This document shows, one piece after another, positions 51,839 through 57,218 of a stretch of 57,218 nucleotides of DNA. This DNA is from Octopus bimaculoides. Lineage: Eukaryota. The notes below the pieces were generated by a model that saw only the letters and a list, made by a program, of their open reading frames with translations, was not told the DNA's origin and ran no database searches. How positions within the stretch are numbered: position 1 is the first letter of the stretch; each line of letters starts with the position of its first letter. Both the position numbers and the translations under genes were made by a program. The DNA lies in the NCBI RefSeq assembly GCF_001194135.2, contig NC_068987.1, positions 108,662,680 through 108,719,897 on the forward strand, written 5' to 3'.

Positions 51839-52480
51839 ATAGTTTATTATTGACTGAGACACGCTGCTGTCGCATGGCTAGTGTAAGTTATAGTAGACCT
51901 ACTCAATTGTTTTTATATAAGTTTATATTCTGATGGCCAAATATGGTAACGCTAGTGATCTAAGTATATTAGTACGTTGTTTATCTTTTTTGTATTCTAT
52001 GTTTGTGTGAATATTGTAGATAAAATATTTGTGCGGTATGTTTAGTAGTTCAGTGTAATGTTTAGGTGGATTTCATGATCTCAAATGTGAGAAAAATGAT
52101 TCAGTGAATTTCATGGGTGCTACTTTAAGTCTGTTGTTTCGGGGTAAGGTTTCTAGGTTTTGATGTAGTGTTGGATTAATGGTGCTGTTGTGTCTAGAGA
52201 ATTAAAATATTATGAGTGTGATGTATGAAACTTAATGCATGTTTTGAAGAGGCGTGAGAACACGGAGTAAGTTGTAAACAGAGTGAAGATGAGCAATTGT
52301 GGTATTCTACTCATAAAAGTGTAAGGATCAAAAATAAGTTTGTCGACCTAACATATAATTTGGTGCTCAATGAGTTTCATTGTATTATAAGCTGTTGGCT
52401 GTTCTTTGGATTGTGCATTTAGATTCCAGCCTTCAGCAAATGAAACCGATAGAAAGCTTTTCTTTTATTTTTTTTTATTC

Positions 52481-52664
52481 ATTACAATCATTTGAGTGTG
52501 GCCATGTTGTAGCACCGCTTTGAGAGATTTTAGTCGAATAAATCGACCCCAGGACTTATTTCTTAAACCTAGTATTTATTCTGTCAGTCTCTATTGCCGA
52601 ACCTATAGATTACGGGGACGTAAACACACCAACACTGGTTGTCAATCGTGGATGGGGATGACAA

Positions 52665-52707
<43 letters not shown>

Positions 52708-52849
52708 CATATATATATATATATATACGACGGGCCTCTTTCAGTTTCCTTCGACCAAATCCACTCACAGGGCTTTGGTCGGCCCGAGGCTATAGTAGAA
52801 GACACTTGCCCAAAGATGCGACGCAGTGGGAATGAACCCGGAACCATGT
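52481..52849 (-). mobile_element. SINE family A, near full length
   Basis: 3' module, (CA)n(TA)n, 5' module to ggaaccatgt. Confidence 0.92.
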
Positions 52850-53659
52850 GACGCTGGATATTCGTTTATAAAGGATTCATGAGCCAGTTTAACTGTAATA
52901 TAGTGGGTAGGGGGGTTACTTTAAGTCCCTATCTTTATAAACGTCACGATGCAGTGCCCTGTCGGAAGGAAACATTTTTATTTTGAAACTGACACCTATT
53001 TTTTGAAGTGAGCGATATTTTTTTTCTTTCCGATTCCACCAGCGTTATCTTATTACAAGCGCTACATATAATGGTATCTCTCAACTTTGGTAAAACTAGT
53101 GAAAGAGAAGAATCCGAGAAATCGTGGAATGATCTGGTCTGCATTGGCAGAAACGATTTTCTTTCTATTTTTTTGAGTTTTATTAGATAATATGATTTGC
53201 TTCTGAAGCGGCGAAAGAATTTTCACTTAGTTGAAACCATCAGCCCTTGAACGATAAAAAAATATCAAAACAATTTTTTTTAATTGTTTCATTTATTATA
53301 TTTTTTTATTTTATTTTATTTTATTTTATTTTCTCTTATTCTTGCTTTTTTGTTTCCTTTTGCTCCTTAAAATAACTCACCATCTCAAGAGTAATATCAA
53401 TACAACGGAATAATTTGATATCAATGCTCCTGTAGACTAACTACCCAGAGGTCTTTTCTTCAACTCTTCATGTTATTTGATGTCAAGGACTTTTCACACA
53501 AATATCTTTAATGTTATTTGATATCAAGTCTTCTAAAATAACAATCGATTAAATCTCCACTATATTGCAAAGGAAGGGTAATTTCTTCCATGTTTAAAAA
53601 TAAAAAAAGAATGCAAACTCAAAAAGCAGAATCGTTAGAGTGTTCTAACGAAACAAAAC

Positions 53660-53985
53660 CTCGCATTATTTCTTCTGGCTTTTTACTTTCTGCGTTCATA
53701 TCCTGCTGAGGTCATTTTGCATTTTATCCTTTCAGAGTCGATCAAATAGTGTACCAGTGCTAAGAACGATGTAATGAACTAAACGCTTCCCTTCAAATCA
53801 CTGGTCATCTATTTAGATTTTTTAGATTTTCATATTTCATATTTAGATTTTCATATCTAGATTTATATATTTGTTCAAGGCGGTGGGCTGGTTGGATATG
53901 ATAAGTACTGGTTCACCACTCCCGTAGATGTCATCAGCTTACCCCTTCCACCGAAATTGCTGGCCTGTGCCAAATTTTGAAGCAA
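53660..53985 (+). mobile_element. Two old family-B SINE remnants (53660-53790, 53877-53985)
   Basis: ttttatcctttcagagtcgatcaaatagtgtaccag; ggcggtgggctgg...aaattgctggcctgtgccaaattttgaa. Confidence 0.6.
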
Positions 53986-54316
53986 TTATTATATATTTTT
54001 GTATGGTGGTCAGATACATGTACGAGATATTAATGCACATAGAGCATCACTAATGCGTGCTTCGGACTACTGAGTCTTCCGTGATGAGTCGTCCGAATAG
54101 CTCGGCAAACGTCTCCAAGCCGAACCGCTAAAGACAAGTGGGACAGGAAATTATTGTCTAATTCTTTTAATGGTCGGGCGCGCGGGGAAATTAGGAACTA
54201 CAAAAGAATAAACGTGAGGCCTATAACCGAGGCATATAATCTCTTTTATGGAATCACGAATTCAGTCGCGAACTCAATAGAGCTACTTTTGCAAGAGTTT
54301 TTATCTTAAAAGATAA

Positions 54317-54621
54317 GACATGTTGCTTAATGGTTAAGATAATTGATTCATGATGTTAAGGTTGTAGGTTCGATCCCGGCGGCGCCTTGGCAATTTATTT
54401 CTCATTGATCCAGTCCACTCAGCTGGCAAAAATGAAAAGTACCCCTATTTCAAAACCCCAGCCTTTGTTACATTCTGTGTCACGCTGAATCTCCTCAAGA
54501 ACTAAGTTTAGAGTACACGTGTCTGTGGACTGATCAACCACTTACACGTTAATTCCACAAGCAGGCCGTTCCATAGATAGGATCGTCTGGAATTTACCTC
54601 GTCGTAACTGACGGAGCGCCA
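54317..54621 (+). mobile_element. SINE with a family-C tail but a different tRNA head and body
   Basis: B box ggttcgatccc; 54445-54621 aligns to 41187-41362, upstream sequence does not. Confidence 0.8.
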
Positions 54622-54779
54622 GTTATTTTAATAAATGTTTTCTGAATAGTATTAAATGCGTAATAGGTGGTACTACAGCTGATGAGGCTTAGCCGAGGCG
54701 TGGTTATTGCTAGGGGAAAATATAAATAATTAGATATAGGTTTCTTATTGTAATATATTAAAAATGTAATGGCAAGTAT

Positions 54780-54837
54780 TTATTGACCTTTTTTCTTTCC
54801 TTTAAAAATCGGCACGAACTTTCCGGACAACCCAATA
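54780..54837. mobile_element. Solo mariner-type terminal inverted repeat
   Basis: aaaatcggcacgaactttccggacaacccaa|ta; no partner end found. Confidence 0.55.
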
Positions 54838-54845
54838 CATGCATA

Positions 54846-54957
54846 TGTGTGTGAACCTCTGTGTGTGAGCATCTGTGTGTGAGCCTCTGTGTGTGAACCT
54901 CTGTGTGTGAGCCTCTGTGTGTGAGCCTCTGTGTGTGAGCCTCTGTGTGTGAACCTC
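54846..54957. repeat. 14-bp minisatellite TGTGTGTGARCMTC, 8 copies
   Basis: Counted directly; runs into (TG)n. Confidence 0.97.
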
Positions 54958-55639
54958 TGTGTGTGTGTGTGTGTGTGAGTGTGTGAACGCGTGTGTGTGT
55001 GTAAGTATGTATTTGTGTATAAGGAATGGATTCGAGAGTTCTCGTTGGTGCACAATGAAGAGAACAAAATATTAAAATCAATCAAAGAACAAGTGGTAAA
55101 GAAAATTCTAATCGAATCTGGTCATTACAAGCGTGACTCTGAGTACTAAAAGAATTACATTAGCTTCACCTATATTACTCGCCAAGAGTGCTCCGTTATC
55201 CGATCTAGAGAAAGATATGAGGAGTAAGCACCAGTTTCTTACTTAAAGATACTTTGTGTGCTTTGTAACCTACATAGGTAAACTAATTTCCAGCTTATCT
55301 GCAATCACAACGTCTCATTACTTTTGTCAAAAGACGTCATCTTCCAATTTACTCATGTACAATATATATATATACATATGCTCGCATGCGTGCGTTTGAG
55401 TATGTGCAGGGTCACGTATATTCCAGTGCGATTTGTTCACCCACTCCTATTAATACAGACAAAAAATATACAATATATAAATGTATATGTAAATTCATAT
55501 ATATATATATAGATATATAGATAGATAGATAGATAGATAGAGAGAGAGATACACAAACATATACATGCATATATTCATACATATGTGTATATATATATTT
55601 ATACATACTTATATATAGGGAGAATTCACAAAAAAAAAG

Positions 55640-55790
55640 AAAAAAGACAGGTGATGTAGAAAACAAACAGATGTATTACTATAACGCTCGGGAATTGAAA
55701 AAGTCTTTAACGTTTCGAGCCTACGCTCTTCCACAGAAAGGAACACAGACAGAAACGAGGAGAGAAAAAAATGTGTGTAGTGGTTAGAAA
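55640..55790 (-). mobile_element. Penelope-like terminal repeat fragment with a hammerhead-like motif
   Basis: Minus strand ctttctgtggaagagcgtaggctcgaaacgttaaag (55705-55740). Confidence 0.55.
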
Positions 55791-55866
55791 TATATATATA
55801 TATATATATAGGCCAGCATAGGAATAAAAACCTCAGAGGTAATAATTATTATGAAAGTTATAACTT

Positions 55867-56080
55867 AGGGTATCTAAGAGATACTACCATGCTTGAAATA
55901 GCAGTCAAAACTCTGACTCTAAAACCACATTAAATGTTCATACAGTACCAGGAGAAAAGAAAAAGAGACAAAATAAACGAGCAAAAAATTTTCTCCTGGT
56001 GCCGTATGAACATTTAATGTGGTTTTAGAGTCAAAGTTTTGACTGCTATTACAAGCATAGTGGTATCTCTTAGATACCCT
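55867..56080. mobile_element. Foldback element, 92-bp arms
   Basis: 55867-55958 vs 55989-56080 inverted, 6 mismatches, 30-nt spacer. Confidence 0.9.
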
Positions 56081-56109
56081 GCTGATATATATATATATAT
56101 GTATGTGTG

Positions 56110-56280
56110 TATCACGAAATTTTGTCAGTGAAGAGGTTGCGGTCTCAAAGCGCCGAAAATATTTTGGCAACTTAAATTTGAATGTTGAAGTGAATCTAAC
56201 GGTTTTTGTGTGTTTCTTAAATTGCTTATAAACACCTTCCATGCTGCAATTGTTTTCGTTCCAGCACACGATCTCAGATC
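56110..56280. mobile_element. Arm of the foldback family seen at 5092-5489, cut by gap
   Basis: gtctcaaagcgccgaaaatattttggcaa...ccagcacacgatctcagatc. Confidence 0.88.
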
Positions 56281-56334
56281 NNNNNNNNNNNNNNNNNNNN
56301 NNNNNNNNNNNNNNNNNNNNNNNNNNNNNNNNNN

Positions 56335-56376
<42 letters not shown>

Positions 56377-57178
56377 AATATATATGTATGTATCTATATA
56401 GATATATTTATATAATTTATATATATATATGTATGTGTGTGGGGGGGTGCGCTTGTGTGTGTTAGATAAAATGAGACATCAAAGCCAAGACTGTTTTGAA
56501 TTTTCAGAACATTTATAAAGAGAAAGTTAGTCTTACAGCTGTTTTCTGGGATATCCTTTCATTAGAGAGGATGTGAGGTGGTTAAATAGAGGAAAATAGT
56601 AGAGTTCAATATGAGGAGTTATTTTCGAAAAGGAAGGAAACAAGAAGTATCCAGAGAAACAAGGGAATAAAAGTAAAATTAAAAATATATGAAGGATGTT
56701 ATAGTCGCAGTTCCATTATCCAAGGAAAGCTGTGTGTAGAAGTGGTAAAAATGTTTCTTGTTCAGATGTAAATTCCGACAGGATTTCATATTTTTCATTA
56801 CAACTTGTATGCGTCGTGACGTTGATACCCTGTACTGTTCAATCAAAGGCGCCTTGTGCTGTAATTGAAATTTTTGAGAATATAGTGGTAGTATTAAGTA
56901 GAAAGATAGGAGAGTAAAGATGTGTATATTAAAATGAGGAGAATGGTCAAAAGGAATAGGTGAGGAAATAAGTAAGAAAGAAAAAGGAAGAGAAAATAAA
57001 AATGAAAAAACGAAAAAAAGGAGTGTCAGTTGGTGGTCAAGATATTATGAGGGGATGAGAGAGGAGTAGGAGAGGGATAGGAAGAGATAAAAATGTAAGG
57101 AATAAATATGTGAGGAGTTGGAGGTGGAGTGATATATTTTAACGGCACTACGGTGGAGGAATGAGTACAGAAATGTGT

Positions 57179-57218
<40 letters not shown>

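Noticed and set aside
54680-54705. ctgatgaggcttagccgagg hammerhead-like string
   Set aside because: GAGG replaces GAAA and no stem I partner or cleavage triplet is placed correctly.
54758-55085. Repetitive HTEAHTQRLTHRGS peptides
   Set aside because: Three-frame reading of the 14-bp minisatellite.

Overview
AT-rich animal genomic DNA, almost certainly from an octopus. This is an inference from the recognisable cephalopod-type tRNA-derived SINE families and the extreme (TA)n/(CA)n/(ATT)n microsatellite load. It is a draft assembly with 14 N-gaps. I find no intact protein-coding gene, rRNA, tRNA gene or CRISPR array. Nearly all entries in the ORF track are artefacts of microsatellites or N-runs. 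The window is an intergenic or deep-intronic transposon graveyard containing: about 45 copies or fragments of three SINE families (my labels A, B, C); decayed relics of R4/Dong (x2), Penelope-like, RTE-like, pogo/Tigger and mariner elements; several MITEs and foldback elements (hAT with 8-bp TSD, Tc1/mariner with TA TSD); and one Helentron-type non-autonomous element. The best leads are: a SINE-in-SINE insertion with a 66-bp identical junction duplication; a SINE with a built-in microsatellite; modular head/tail swapping among SINEs; degenerate Penelope-type hammerhead-like motifs; near-perfect foldback hairpins; and a templated-looking insertion inside the Tigger transposase. Protein-family calls come from manual translation and motif recognition, not database searches. 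Boundaries of old copies are approximate.
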